The position numbers and the translations under genes were made by a program. DNA of 63,323 bases, the filler included, from Chiloscyllium plagiosum (lineage: Eukaryota): assembly GCF_004010195.1 (NCBI RefSeq). It is 5 parts of one record of this genome, joined end to end, with 100 filler letters (N's around TTAATTAATTAA, not from the genome) between each part and the next. Parts side by side here need not be neighbours in the genome. Positions count along the whole stretch, not along the records: positions 32,071 to 56,650 come from NC_057713.1; 4 more parts are not named here. One strand, given 5' to 3'. Below the pieces are notes generated by a model. The model made no database searches. It was not told the DNA's origin and saw nothing but the letters and a program-made list of their open reading frames with translations. Positions 35,960 through 49,584 of this stretch are shown here, one piece after another (position 1 is the stretch's first letter; each line of letters opens with the position of its first letter).

Positions 35960-37670
35960 CAGATGGAAGCATAGACCTTGCACCATACTCACTTGTCTTG
36001 ACCACACTCGTTTGATGACAGAAATGTCTCCACTTGGATCTTAGTGAAATGCTATCCCTACTACTTGCCACGCAAGTTCATCTCTGCCATCCTGACAGCA
36101 GTCTGCATACCATCTCAGGCTGAGGTGAAAGATGCTCTGGAGACGAAATTCTACAAGGCCTTATCATCACGGCTAGTGACTTTGATCAGGCCAACTTCAA
36201 GAAAGTCTTACCAAAATACTACCAACATGTTTCCTGCCCCAACAGAGGACTGAACATCCTTGACCATTGCGACACAATTAAAGAAGCCTACCACTCAATA
36301 CTCTGCCCACACTTTGTAAAATCAGATCACAATGCTGAGCACTTGCTAATGAAGTCCGTGATGGTGTGGCATACCCATCTCGGTTGTCCGCTGAGTTTTT
36401 GAGTATGGTCCAAGCCACCAATTTCAAGCAGTCCTGGAGAAGCTCTTCTGCTGCCTCAGATCAGCATTGTACTACTTTCTGTGATGGGTCCTCTTCTTTC
36501 AACTTCTGCTTGTAAGGGAGGAACAGGTCCACAGTGAACACCATCTCCTTGCCCTACACTCATCCCTGGAACATATGGACAATAAAGGGTACCAATATCA
36601 CAGCTCCACCTTCAACACTATAACCCCAAACAAACTAATCTCAAAACTCTGAGACCTATGTCTCGGCTCCGCCCTCTGCAAGTGGATCCTCAGCTTCTTG
36701 ACCCACAGACTGCAATCTGTGAAGATAGACAACAGCACCCCCTCCATGATAATCTTTAACACCGGCACCCCCCAAGATTGCTTCTTACCCCCTACTGTAC
36801 TCCCTGTACACTCATGACTGTGTGGCTAAACTTCATACAAAAGCCATATATAGGTTCCCTGATAACACCACTGTTTTAGGCTGGAAATCAAACAACGATG
36901 AGTCAGAATACAGGAAGGAGATAGTGGGCTTGGTGTCATGGTGCAATGATAACAATCTCTCTCTCAATGCCAGCAAAACAAAAGAACTGGTTATTGACTT
37001 CAGGAAGAAAGGAGGACACATCCTGATCTAAATTAATGGAGCTGAGGTGGAGAGGGTCAAAAGCCTCAAGTTCCTAGGAGTGACAATAACCAATCTGTCC
37101 TGGGCCTCACATAGATGCGACAGTCAAGAGGGCACAATAACACCTATTCTTCATAAGGAGGTTAAGGAAATTCAGCATGTCCATGAGGACCCTTATCAAC
37201 TTTTACAGATACATCATAGACAGCATTTTATTTGGGTACATAACAGCTTGGTGTGGCAACTGCTTTGCCCAAGACAGCAAGTTGTGTACACAGTCCAGAC
37301 CATTACATAAGACAACCTCCCAAAGGACTCCATCTACCCTTCTTGTTGCCATAGAAAGGCTGCCAAAGATCCCTCCCAATTCAGTAATACTCTCTTCAGT
37401 CAGATAGAAGATTACAAAAGCTTGAACACATGTACTAACAGATTCAAGAACACCTTCTTCCCTGCTGTTATTAGATTGCTGAATGGCCCTCTCTAATTTC
37501 AATCTAATGTTGATCTTGCTTTTTTGCACATCCTGTGCAGCTGTAACCTCTTATGTCTCGTTCTGTCTAAACACCCTTTGGTCTGTATGTCCTTGTATGT
37601 TACGATCTGCTTGTACTGCTTGCAAAACAAAACTTCTCACTGTACATGCGACAACAATAAATCAAATCAA
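35960..37670 (+). mobile_element. Rex1/Babar-clade LINE, decayed and deleted
   Basis: YYLPRKFISAILTAVCIP; NNDESEYRKEI..LVSWCNDNNLSLNASKTKELVIDFRK; tail acaataaatcaaatcaa. Confidence 0.85.
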
Positions 37671-38317
37671 GATTATTTCTTCCATGTATTTTGATCAAAC
37701 TTGTAAATCTAAGGTTAACTTTCAGGATGTCTCAATACCCAAGGGTGGCCCTCTAGCAGTATAGTTTCTTGTACTTAGTTGGCTATAGATTACAATTTTT
37801 GACATATGGGAATGCTCCATGTGAACTACATGTGACCAGTGGAACAGAGCTCTGGTGAGCATACTCTTGGTGCCATGTATGCAGTACTTTGGTGCTGGAG
37901 ATTTTGACCTGCCAGCTAACAATGCAAATAGACCTTCCACAGTGAAGATAGAATGCTTCTAGTAGCTAGTTATAAGGTTGACAGTTTGTTCAAGCCTCGC
38001 AATGTAAAGAAGTGATGCAAAACCCACAGCAATGTGATAGACTCTTAGTGCTCTTTGGAAAATAAATCATAGTCTAGCCAGCAAACACCTTCATCGCATA
38101 CACAAATATAAACAATTAAATATCCCATGATCATCCTCCTTCCTGTTGCTAATGATCCCCACAGATAATTACAAGCATTCCCCCTCCCCTCCCACCTTCT
38201 CAATAAGCACTGATACTGCTAAGATATCAAAAGCAAGTTATTTTTGTTTTGTTAATAAAACCAGACAAAGCCAAATATCAATTTAAGATATGGAAATACA
38301 GACACTAAAAATTAAGG

Positions 38318-38658
38318 AGAAAGAAAATTCCATTATATGTCTCTTGTCACAACCTTAGGACATTTCAAAACACTTTACAGCTAATTGAACATTGTGTAGT
38401 CATTGGTATAAATGTAAGAACATGGGCAGCTAATTTACATGTAATAAAGTCTCCCAAACAGCGATGTAAAGATGACGTCAATCAACAGACAACTGCTGGC
38501 TAGGATTCCATGGAGACCTCCCCTGAACTTCTTGAAATTATGCCATGCAATATTCTACATCCACCTGGGAATGCAGCCAGAGTGTCTATTAAATAACTGC
38601 TTAGAGCTGACAGTGTGGCTTTTCACCAGTACTGCATAGGGAATGTCAGTCTAGATTA
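38318..38658 (-). mobile_element. Deu-domain SINE (SacSINE/AmnSINE-related)
   Basis: Minus strand gactgacattccctatgcagtactg...caggtggatgtagaa...ggcataatttcaagaag...gctgtaaagtgttttg follows the Deu consensus; a more diverged copy lies at ~46860-47180(+). Confidence 0.7.
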
Positions 38659-39049
38659 AGCCATAATGACACAGGGAGAGACCATTCAGTCCACTGAATC
38701 TATGCCGATTTCCCATGGAACAAATCCACTCAATCTCATTTCCCAGCTGGAAAAGTTTATTTTGGTCAAATGGCCATTCAACTTCTTTCTGAAATTATTC
38801 TCCAATTCTACCACAGAGAGATAGCATATTCCTGATCATTACCACTTCTTTGTCTATCTTGTCTTTAATCTACAAGGTAATAAACTCTTATCTACGCCAA
38901 GGAGAACAACCCAATTTCACCAACCTAACCTCCCAGTTAGAATTCCTCAGCACTGGAATTATTCTGGAAAATCACCTCTGTACTCTCTCAAGGGGCCTCA
39001 CATCTTCCCTTAAGTGGGGTGACCAGAACAGGAAACAAAACTCAAGCTA

Positions 39050-39347
39050 ACAGTACGCAACACACACGCACAGGAATTCGTAGAGGCCCGGCATTCAAAC
39101 TGGAACTCCATCAATAAACACATCAATTTGGACCCCACTTACCAACCTCTGAGAAAAAGAACCGGAAATGATATCACCCACCTTAAGAGACCAAGACACA
39201 CAAATAGAAAGCGGGACATAATATCAGTGCTTCACTGAAGGCCAACTGATGATGTTACCTAGCATGGTGATGAAACATCTGAAAACAAACCTTCCAGCTC
39301 AGCGAGCAAACTTACAACCTGAGCTACAAATCTTCTCGAAAATCACA
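39050..39347 (+). mobile_element. PLE 3' end/pLTR with hammerhead core (39246-39279)
   Basis: HAQEFVEARHSNWNSINKHINLDP; CTGATGA-tgttacc(tagcat)ggtgat-GAAA-catc. Confidence 0.85.
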
Positions 39348-40279
39348 AGTAATACATTGAGGCATAATGATACTATACCACATGACTAAGCACCTCATCG
39401 AAGTGGTTGGTTTTAAGAAGTGTCTTAAAGAAGGGAAGTAGACAGGCAGAAGGGTGTAGGGAGCAAATTCCAGAGTTTAGATCATTGAAAACTGAAGGAG
39501 GAGTGGCCATCAATAGAGGAGAAACTAAAATTGGGAATTCTCAAGAGGCAGAATTAGAGAAATGCAGAATTATCATTGGACTGAAGAACAGAAGCTTTAT
39601 ACAGGTGCAACATAATTTCTCTGCATTCGTATCTCTATCTATCAAGCTTCAGACCCTATATGCTTTATTTCTGCTCTTAGCGTTATGACACTTTCAAAAT
39701 TCTACAGACATGAATTCCCAGGTCCCTCTGTCTGAGTGTGGCTGCATTGAGACTTTAATCCATAAAATTTTGACTTGGAGGCAAGTGTGTCAACAACAGA
39801 GCTGCAGTTTATTATACATCTAATGTGTATTATTGCAACTAGAAGATCATGGGAAATGGAAGGCAACTAATGTTGTACACAACATTTATGATGTGGGCTA
39901 CCCAGTTTGTATGATGCATTTTGGTAGAACCAGAAATATTTACAATGCATTTTGACTCAGTGTTGGTTAAGCCCTTAGCTAAAGTGTTCCAAAACAAAAA
40001 GGCACTGCCAAACCTCCAATCCTGACATGCAAATTTTGTAAATCCTTAACAGAACGAACAACACCTATAAGTTAGAAAAGTAAATATAACACTAACACCC
40101 TGGGTCCTACAAATTTCAGAAGTGGACATTTAGAGAGTAAATCATTAAGGAGAGAACATTTTTCCTTAAGGGGAGGCAGTTGCAGAGTGGTATTGCCAAC
40201 AAACTAGCAATCCAGAGGCCCAAGTTAATGGTTCAAATCCCACAATGGGAGCTGGTGAAACATTTTAAAAATCTTTTTA

Positions 40280-40669
40280 GAAGTATGGACTGAGATGAGA
40301 AAGAACGGTTTTGAATGCAAGAAACCTTTGGTTCAGCAAGAACAACCCAACAGGTCCTGTAATCAAAGACTTCAGAACTATACTTGCAGTTTTTCTTCTG
40401 CCTATGTGATTATTTTTCTCCATACAGGTTTGTCTTCCTGTGTTTGTAAAGGGAAGTTTATAAGGGGTTTAAAGTTTTAAGTTACAGAGTTTAATTGTTT
40501 ACCTATAGCTCGAAACTAATGATCTATAATAAGTCATAATTCTTGTTAGGTACAGAAGCATGGTACATGCCTATGAAATTGGGTCTGAAAATCAGGTTGT
40601 TATGTGTATTTCTTTTTCCAGATGTAGTGGGACTGGATTTCCAGCACGCTACCTCAGTGAGTCATGACA
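40280..40669 (+). mobile_element. Probable LTR 3' half
   Basis: Homologous to 22240-22330; ends ...gtcatgaCA. Confidence 0.4.
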
Positions 40670-40714
40670 CACTGCAGCTGATATCCTAACTCATCCATCA
40701 AGCCATAACTGATG

Positions 40715-41125
40715 ACATACAGGCTTCCCTTCTGAAGAAGTCTAAATTTTAAAGTCTCATTATTTCCCAAATCTGTCCAGGATCTCACTTGTTCTCTATC
40801 TTTGCAAAGTTCCTCCAGGACGACAGCTTTCCAAGATCTCTGTACTTGCAATTGTGGCTGTTTGCATATCTTCCAATTTCTATCACTAGTGCTCGTGACC
40901 ATGCCTTCAGCTGCTTGGATCCAAAACTTTGGAATTCTCTCCACAAATCCGTGGCTCTCTCTTTACTCCCTTTTTGCTAGGATGCTTTAGAAAACTGACC
41001 TCTCATCAAGTTTTGGTTGCCTGTCCTAATATTTTCTTATGTGACTTGAAAAGTTTTGTTTGAAAACAACTTTAGGATGTTTTACCATGTTAAGAGTGCC
41101 ATATAAATACAAGATGCAGTTGCTG
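40715..41125 (+). mobile_element. L2 LINE 3' end
   Basis: HAFSCLDPKLWNSL and an L2-type 3' UTR ending gccatataaatacaagatgcag. Confidence 0.7.
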
Positions 41126-42332
41126 AATTGCTTAAATCAAGCCATTCATTTCTGGGGCTTGTGAGCTGCTCTGCCAGTAATTCTGTCATAAATAGAGAGA
41201 AGTTAATTATCATCACGTTACCTCTGTAAAATCATGTCTCCCAAATTCCCTGAAGTAATGCTATTTTTGTGTGATGTTTAGATATAGACATAATGGTACT
41301 AGCGAGCACTTAGTCAACTTGGACTTTCTTTGGAAATATTTCCAATGTCTGAATAAATTATTTACAAATCAGCTTTTGCAGTAGTGCTTGGGCTGCAAGT
41401 GTTACATTTACAGGGAAAGAAAAGCGCTCTGTGCATGCTCAGAGGAGCAATTAAGAACATTAATGTCTGCTTTATATAATATTATGAGTGATCAGAACTA
41501 CTTTAATTACTCTGGCTGTGGCACAAGAGAATATTTGAACAGCCATTTTAATCTGGTTATGGATTTAAAGTCAAAGATATTCTATTTGTATTTGAAATGC
41601 CCCCACTAACAGACCTTACACACTCCCCAGTCCAATTTTTTTTAAAAAGTTACTTAGATAACAAAGACAATAATGTAAACAAATTTAAGTGGAAACTAAA
41701 AAGCCAAGATCAAATTGATTTGAATGAGGAGTCTCACCTGATTTCTCAGAACTACAGTTCAAGCAAGTAATGACAGCACAATACTTAGAACAAATTGTTA
41801 ACATCAAAATTATATCCAGGCCTACGTTTGAAAAAAAATTGTCAACTGTTATGTAATTTTAAGTAAGGAATATTACGCTACGTATCAGCCAAACCTACTG
41901 ACTTGTCTTCCCACATGTTATTGTAAAAAGTGATCTGCCTCTTGCAAATATTATTGTAATGACTTCCAATATTAGGAAGACTGAAATCAGCGTCTGATTC
42001 CCTGCATTGTTTCCCAGCCAACAGCCTGAAGTTAATGCAGACCAAATACAACTTTAGTATTGAGTTTAACTCCAAGATGGGCTTCTGACTTCACCTACAT
42101 CCCACCACTAAGGTTGTAAACATCCATCTCCACATAATCACCCAACATGAACCCTAACTCAAATCATTTACTGATGAAATTCTCATCCATGTCTTAGTTA
42201 CCCCTAAACCTGCCTAACCTTCCAGTTTCAACCTTCATTACCTTAAGCTCATTGTTATGAGTGAAAGATTTCAATGAGGAGTTGTGGTTTAAGTTGTCTC
42301 TGTTAATTCAAGGTAAACTGGAATAGTGGAGA

Positions 42333-42487
42333 AAATCAAAAAATCACAACACCAGGTTATAGTCAACAGGTTTATTTGGAAGCACTAGCTTTCAAAGCGA
42401 TTCCAAATAAACCTGTTGGACTGTAACCTGGTGTTGTGTGATTGTTGACTTGGTCCACCCCAGTCCAACACTGGCACCTCCACATCA
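42333..42487. mobile_element. 155-bp PLE fold-back insertion with 13-bp TSD
   Basis: Inverted arms 42345-42381 and 42401-42438; TSD ggaatagtggaga/ggaacagtggaga at 42320-42332 and 42488-42500; same family as 21366. Confidence 0.85.
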
Positions 42488-44230
42488 GGAACAGTGGAGA
42501 CGGATTTATGATCTACTTGCTCTGCCTAGTCTATTTGATTTGATTGCCAAAGGGAAACTTAAACATCAACTTTCACAATTGGATCCAATGTAGAAAAGAG
42601 TAGCTGGCTTTGACATGGACATGCTTACACACTCTCAGGCAGTGAAATTCAAAAATCTCTAGAGACAAAAAGAGAAAGAATTGTAGAGACAGAAAGGGAA
42701 ACAGCAGGAGAAAACGATGTTTCCATTAGCCATCAGGCAGGATTCTAGGAAAGGCTTGTTTTTCAGTAAAAGAGATGGGACCTGGGGAAATTAGTGAAAG
42801 ATTTGCCCTGACATGGCTGGAAGGAGCAATTATTGGACCACAGGGCCTTGCTTCTGAAATACAGCTCAGAGATTCTCAGAAAACTGACAGGAACTATTCC
42901 CAGCAGACAATGGACATGGGAGATAAGCAAACCAATTGGAAGCTGCTTTAAACTAGTTTTGTAAAGACTAAAATTCTGCAGAGAGCACAGTATATCTTCT
43001 GAATGTGGCTTAGGATTTTCAATCAGGTTAGAAATTGAAGGGTGTGTTTTCCTGGTTTAAATCATTAGTTTCCTACTTAGTAATATTTAGTTGTTTTGAG
43101 CTGGTCACTGAGAATTCAAATCTCCTTTTAAAGGTTGTTGACTTTTACATGAATTGTACCACCATCCAAAATTGCACTACTCATCACTTAACTGAAAATC
43201 TCATCCACCCAACACTTCTTGTGCTTGCCTACCTGCACTGGAACCCATTCCAACATGGCATCAAATTCAAAATCCTCAGACTGGTTTTAAAATCCCTTCT
43301 TCATGCTGTCCTTTGCTATCAGTGTCTCCTTCTCCTAAGCTACGAGTTTGAGATACCATCACGTCTCCAAATCTGGCCTCTTATGCTTTCATAATTTGAG
43401 TCTCTCAGCACTGGTGGTTGTGGCTCGGTAGCTGAGGCCTAAACATCAAGTCATTACAACGAAATCGAGACCTTAATTTTTACGGATATTGCCTAAGTAC
43501 ACATGACCTTGGGAAACCCAGAAAGAGTCGGGGGGGGAGGGGGGGGGCGGGGGGAGTATTCAGGACATCTCTTACTCTTACAGCTTCACGGCAGGGAAGC
43601 AGGGGTAATTCCTTTCATTCTAACAGATATACACATCACTCCTACAAGCAATGTCATCTTTCATGACACCAATCCTCACCACGATCATTTCTGGCGACTG
43701 TGTTATCATCCGATACTCCAAAAGACAGACTGCCCACCGAATCCATTCCCCTCAATTTGTGACTCCCTGCCACCCGCTCCAAATCCTTCTTTACCTGATA
43801 AGCTAATTAGGCTGGCCTTCATTTGAGGAATCCAGGTAAAGAAAATTCCATGCTGTTGCTGGAAATCCACACTTTTGTGTGTCCTGAGCATAACACCTCC
43901 CCATCTAGTAAATATTGTGGCCACGGAATCAATACCAGAGGGAACACAGTTTATGCATTTGACATTCACATCAAACAGATACTAGAGTTATAGCTAGAAA
44001 TGGTGTTTTTCAAACTATGGGAGAATTGAGATCAAAAGATCTCTTCAGATAATATATACACATTCCTATGCTTCCAAAATATTACAAGCAATTCAAAATA
44101 GAATACAGAAGTCAGCTGTTTGTAAATGAAAGTCTTAATCATGTTTGACTTTAATAAAATGCACAAAGAATTGTGTGCGAGTGCGCGTGCGCATGTGCGT
44201 GTGTGGGGGGCTTTTACCCTGAAAACCTTT

Positions 44231-44730
44231 NNNNNNNNNNNNNNNNNNNNNNNNNNNNNNNNNNNNNNNNNNNNNNNNNNNNNNNNNNNNNNNNNNNNNN
44301 NNNNNNNNNNNNNNNNNNNNNNNNNNNNNNNNNNNNNNNNNNNNNNNNNNNNNNNNNNNNNNNNNNNNNNNNNNNNNNNNNNNNNNNNNNNNNNNNNNNN
44401 NNNNNNNNNNNNNNNNNNNNNNNNNNNNNNNNNNNNNNNNNNNNNNNNNNNNNNNNNNNNNNNNNNNNNNNNNNNNNNNNNNNNNNNNNNNNNNNNNNNN
44501 NNNNNNNNNNNNNNNNNNNNNNNNNNNNNNNNNNNNNNNNNNNNNNNNNNNNNNNNNNNNNNNNNNNNNNNNNNNNNNNNNNNNNNNNNNNNNNNNNNNN
44601 NNNNNNNNNNNNNNNNNNNNNNNNNNNNNNNNNNNNNNNNNNNNNNNNNNNNNNNNNNNNNNNNNNNNNNNNNNNNNNNNNNNNNNNNNNNNNNNNNNNN
44701 NNNNNNNNNNNNNNNNNNNNNNNNNNNNNN
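44231..44730. other. 500-N scaffold gap
   Basis: Exactly 500 N with no linker; probably an arbitrary-size scaffolding join. Confidence 0.95.
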
Positions 44731-45869
44731 GCTAAACAAATCTGTTATTGTGCAAGGAACAGCTTCGCAAAAAAAAAAAGGCCTCCTGTATTTCAAAAAG
44801 ACATTTTGATAAGAGCACGTCACTTGACAACAGGACGGTAGCTGTTTACCTGTAATCCTTACACACAAAACATAACTGGCTGGTGACTTTTTGCAATGGT
44901 GAGAAGGTTTTAATGTGTCACAACATTGGCAGCAAAAGAAAGCAAGCCTAAAAAGGTTTCCATTCGTATAAAATTACAGAACAGGAACTAAGATTTTATC
45001 AAATATCTTATTTAGATCAAATCCATGCTAAAATGTTCTGAAGAGCAAAACCTAGACTTTCCTTCACAATTTAAATGGCAATTTAAAACCCTTAGAGGCA
45101 CATTTACAAAACCTAAGGTTCAAAATCGCTTGATTCTTGTAAACCAACTTTTATTCAATTAGACTTCGTTTTTTTTTTAAAATTGCACTTTAACCATTTC
45201 TGACTTTTTGCAAGCAATTATTTTCGAAGCATTCTTTGCTCCTCTTAACCACTTGATTTTTCACCTTTCTAAAAAGAAAGGCAGATAAATTTAACCGTCC
45301 GAAGTGCTTTTATTCCAGTATACTTCACATAACCTCCTGATCCTTACGTTGATAATACACCAAATGATTGAGCTATTGTCAGCTTTGTTCTCAAAGTGAT
45401 TTCACATTATCAAGTGTTTCAGCCAAGTGGTGATCATTTAGTCGACCCTGCCCAGTTTCTTTATTCTTCCTCAAGTGTCAATCAATTCTCCAGTGTTATT
45501 TCTGTATCATTTATGTTCAAATAGTCTTTTTCATTAAAATAGTGTCTTCCAACAAGCTCCTTTGTTGCCAATTTACTGGTGCACAGCTGCACACCCCAAT
45601 TATATCCTCTAAATTTCACTGCAATGGTAAATAGATTCCTGGTTTTCAAGTTCCTCCTTCATTACGTTGAACTCAGCACAAAAAGGCTAACTAAAAGTGA
45701 CGAACCAATCTATGTCAGCATTTGGGCTCCATATGGGTCTCCTCCCACCTGACCTCATCTAACATTATCAACATACTAAACTGAACTTGCTTTTCTTGTC
45801 CCATTTAGTAGATCGGTGTTTCACCTTAATATACTGTAGGTAGCAAGCTCCACATTCTGACAGGTTTTT

Positions 45870-46460
45870 TTCTAATTCACTCGTGGGATGTGGGCAGTCT
45901 GGCTGGCCAGCATTTATTGCCCATCCATAACTGCCTTTAGGAAGGTGGCAGTGAGCTGTCTTCTTGAACCACTGCAGTCCACGTGCTGTAGAGAAATGCA
46001 GAATTATTTGAGAAAGAAAATTCCAGGATTTTGAGCCAGCAACACTGAAGCAGCAGCAATATATTTCCAAGGTATGATGGTAAGAGGCTTGGAGGGGAAC
46101 TTGCAGTTGGTAGTATCCCCACGCATCTCCTCCCTCTGTCCTTCCAGATGGAAGTGGTCTTGGGTTTGGAAGGTGCTAGCTTAGGCAAATTCCTGCAGTG
46201 CACCTTGTAGATCGTACACACTGCTGATCCTGAGCTCAGTGGCAGAGTAACTGAATACTTACGGATGTGGTGTCGATCAAGTGGGTGCCTTTGTCTTGGA
46301 GTGTCAAGCTTCTTGCTGTTGAAGCTGGCAAGTGGGAAGTATTCAATCACATTTCTGTAATGGGGAATTCTTTGATGGTAGTGCCGCTGAATATCAAGAG
46401 GTCATGGTTAGATTTCCTCATACTGGAGATGGTCTGACATTTGTGTGGCACGAATATTAC
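45870..46460 (-). mobile_element. CR1/Zenon-like LINE 3' end
   Basis: IEYFPLASFNSKKLDT; AVCTIYKVHC; FSVAGSKSWN. Confidence 0.75.
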
Positions 46461-46469
46461 TTGTGTTGT

Positions 46470-46620
46470 CCCCACCCCTCCCCCATCACATTCCTGATGA
46501 AGGGCCTACACCCAAACTTCAATTCTCCTGCTCTTCGGGATGTTGCCTGACCTGCTGTGCTTTTCCAGCGCCACACTCTCGACTCTGATCTCCAGCATCT
46601 GCGGTCCTCACTTTCCCCTT
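46470..46620 (+). mobile_element. PLE pLTR fragment with degenerate hammerhead
   Basis: attcctgatgaagggcctacacccaaac...gcctgacctgctgtgcttttccagc...ctcactttc. Confidence 0.75.
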
Positions 46621-48937
46621 GATTTCAGCTATCTAATACAGCTATCAACAGCAAATAATTTTCCGATAGTTTACTAAGGTTGTTAAGCACTAGTTCAGGT
46701 ATGACACATTAGGTAATTAGACAAAGATAACTGATGCCAGGAGTATTGGGCTGTTGGCGCGAAATGTAGCAAGTCCAGCAAATTGATTTAGTTTGGTATT
46801 TTTGCAAATGCCCTTATTTTCCCAGTAATATGCAAGAGAGAATTACAGAAATTTACAACAGCCAGAGCAACATCCTGTCAACTTCTATGCTGTCAAATCC
46901 GAAGAATTTTATATGCTATGAGGTGGCATCTCATTCGTCTAAAGAGACTCTATAAATAGACACACCAACTCATTCACTCTTCATAGGAACAGCCCCAACA
47001 TCCCAAGAATCAATCTCCTATCTGGTTATTGGTCTCAAGTCTATTTGTAACCTTTTGTGTTCAAACTACAAGTTGTTTAACTCTCCAACATAGTCACTGC
47101 ACTTCAAGCACATTTTAGCAGGAGTGAAACACTTTAAGACTTAGTGAGACTATCACAGGACCTATTTAAATAGGTTTTAATAATATTAACTTTTCTTTTT
47201 CAAGCATTAACAAGTTAACTCAATAGTCACTCTCCCAAGTCCAAACCTCTCCAGCACACAGAGCAGTCTACCTTTCTGGTCCTAGTTTATAAAGTTCATT
47301 GTTCTCCATTTAATATCTTTGAACCCAGCTTCTGTGGAGGTAATCACTCATCCAACAGTGGAAGCAAATAGTCAATCAAATGAAGCTGGTACTCTTCCAA
47401 GCTCCTATTAAACGTGACAGAAAAACATAGGAACAGGAGGAAGCCCATCGAGCTTGTTCTACTATTTAATGAGATAACAGCTGACCTGTGGCCAAACTAC
47501 ATATACCTGCCTTTGGCCCATGCCCCTTGATACCTTTGCAACAAAACTTTACCTCTGATTTAAGATTAACACCTGATTCAATTTCCACTGTCGTTTGCGG
47601 ATAAAAGTTCCGAACATAAACAAACTTTGAATTGTGTTAAAATGTTTTTTTGAACACCCGCCATTGTTTTTCAGCTATTTTACTCCAGTTTAGCAGATTT
47701 TCCCAGTTTATATTGGACAGTCTGTCTCATCTCGTTAAAGTCAGACTTAACCAAACCTAAAACTGTAGATGTTTAACATTTGCTATCTTCAGTTGGCACC
47801 CTTTCCTCACCTTAATAAAATTAAGGCTATTCTTCCTCCAAGTGAAATTCCAATCTTAAAATCTGCTCCTTCCCAATGTCCTCCATTCCCATTTCATGGC
47901 CATCCACACCCCTTCTTTTCTGCATAAATTTCCCCTTCTGAGTACCCTTAAATGTTAAACTTCTTTTCATTCATTTAATTTCACCTTTTTATCCCATCTT
48001 CACTCCTAACTATCCTGCTTTTCATCACCACAAAATCCCACACTAAAACGTTGCTTGCCTCGACTAATACTACCAGAATTCTAACCCATACGTCAACTAT
48101 ACAGAATCTCAACACACAATATTCCTTTCAAATATTCATCTTGGATATTTTTCATCATTTACTTTTTATGGAGATCACAGAATTGGTGCATTATCAGGAC
48201 AACGGCATTGGGTCCTGTCTCTCTCTGAGGGAACAATTTTGACATAGTGCCAATATCCTGCCATTTCCTATAAATTTTAATATTATTTCTATTTAATTAT
48301 CATCTTTCCCCTCTTGAAAGCCTTCTTCAGCAAAATATTTTATGTCTTTGACCTATTGGGTTTGGTTGGGTGAAGTGGCAGTATGTCAGGTGAGTGAGGT
48401 AGGGTAGGGTGTCAGGTGGTTGGAGGCACCAAACAGTTGGCTGTGGGCAGGTTGGGGAGTTGACCAGTGGTCAAGCGGGGATCAGGAGAAGTACAAACTT
48501 AGTGGAAAAGAGTCATATCAGGATGGTATATATCAGATGTGTTCAGTCAGGATATGCGTCAAACATCTGTGGGAATTCTGGGGGGCGGGAAAGAAGCGCG
48601 GTTGAACCCAGGGGTCAGTTTAATACTTAGTCAGGAGTTACAGCAGATTTTAATACTCTAACTCTTCAGGCAGTCTATTCAAGTAACTGAATCAGAGCGC
48701 TCCAAAATCTCAAACCTTAAATAGGAGTCTGATACATTTTGGTAGAGTTCAAATAATTGGATTATTATGTACCCAATGATACAATTTCCAAGACAATTCC
48801 CACAGAGTCAGTGCATCACGATCTCTGAACAGTCCCAACACATCTTCCCAGGTTGATCCAGTCACTAGAGACAGGAAAATCTGGAGTGTAACGTTTTTCA
48901 CTTTGTCACTTACAAGTTTTTGGTTGTATCTGACCAT

Positions 48938-49152
48938 AAAAGCAAAGTCCTGCAGATGCTGGAATTAAAAAAAAGTGCTGAAGAAACTCAGCAGGTCAGC
49001 CAACATCCATGGAGGGAGAAACAGACAGAGTTAACAGAGTCCAACTAGGAAAAACAGTTCTGATGAAGAATCACTGAACTCTAAATGTTGACACTGCTTT
49101 CTTCTCACAGATGCTGCCAGATCTGCTCAGTTTTGACAGCAATTTGTTTTTT
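48938..49152. mobile_element. Older head-to-head inverted PLE pLTR pair
   Basis: aaactcagcaggtcagccaacatccatggagggagaaa is inverted relative to ttcttctcacagatgctgccagatctgctcagtttt; CTGATGA at ~49060. Confidence 0.6.
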
Positions 49153-49584
49153 AAACAAAAAAACTCTAGTCGCCTGAAAGGAGGGGAGCCAAGTAGGGAT
49201 GTAAATATCACTTTAAAGTACCCTTTTAAACTATTAAAAATAACATCAATCAACTTTTAAACGTTAACAGGTGTGTTTACTAAAAATAAATTACTGACAC
49301 ATTCCTTTCAGATCTGTAGTTTAAGTTATGCTCAAAGATGAAAAAGAACAATGGATAAATCTACAGAAATAACTGTAGCAACATTTTACAGAATACACTC
49401 ATACAGTACTAATATCTTTCCAAAAAAAACTTCACTTTAATTTGTTTTAAACAGTTAACTGCAAGATATTAATGTCAAGACAAACATTTATCAATTAACC
49501 GTTTATAATGTCACATTGTGCGAGAGAGAGAGAGAGAGAAAGCGCAAGACAGAGAAAGATAGAGAGAGAGAGAGATCTGAGAAA

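Noticed and set aside
40623..40657. AG...GTGAGT mini-exon phase-compatible with the LAMA3 exon
   Set aside because: Translation (HVVGLDFQHATS) is not laminin-like and the site lies in an LTR-like repeat.
42345..42438. Pre-miRNA or DNA-transposon MITE hairpin
   Set aside because: The arms are PLE pLTR sequence with asymmetric ends and a 13-bp TSD; better explained as a retrotransposon fold-back.
44032..44868. ORFs of 222-278 aa
   Set aside because: They are open only because they run through 500 N.
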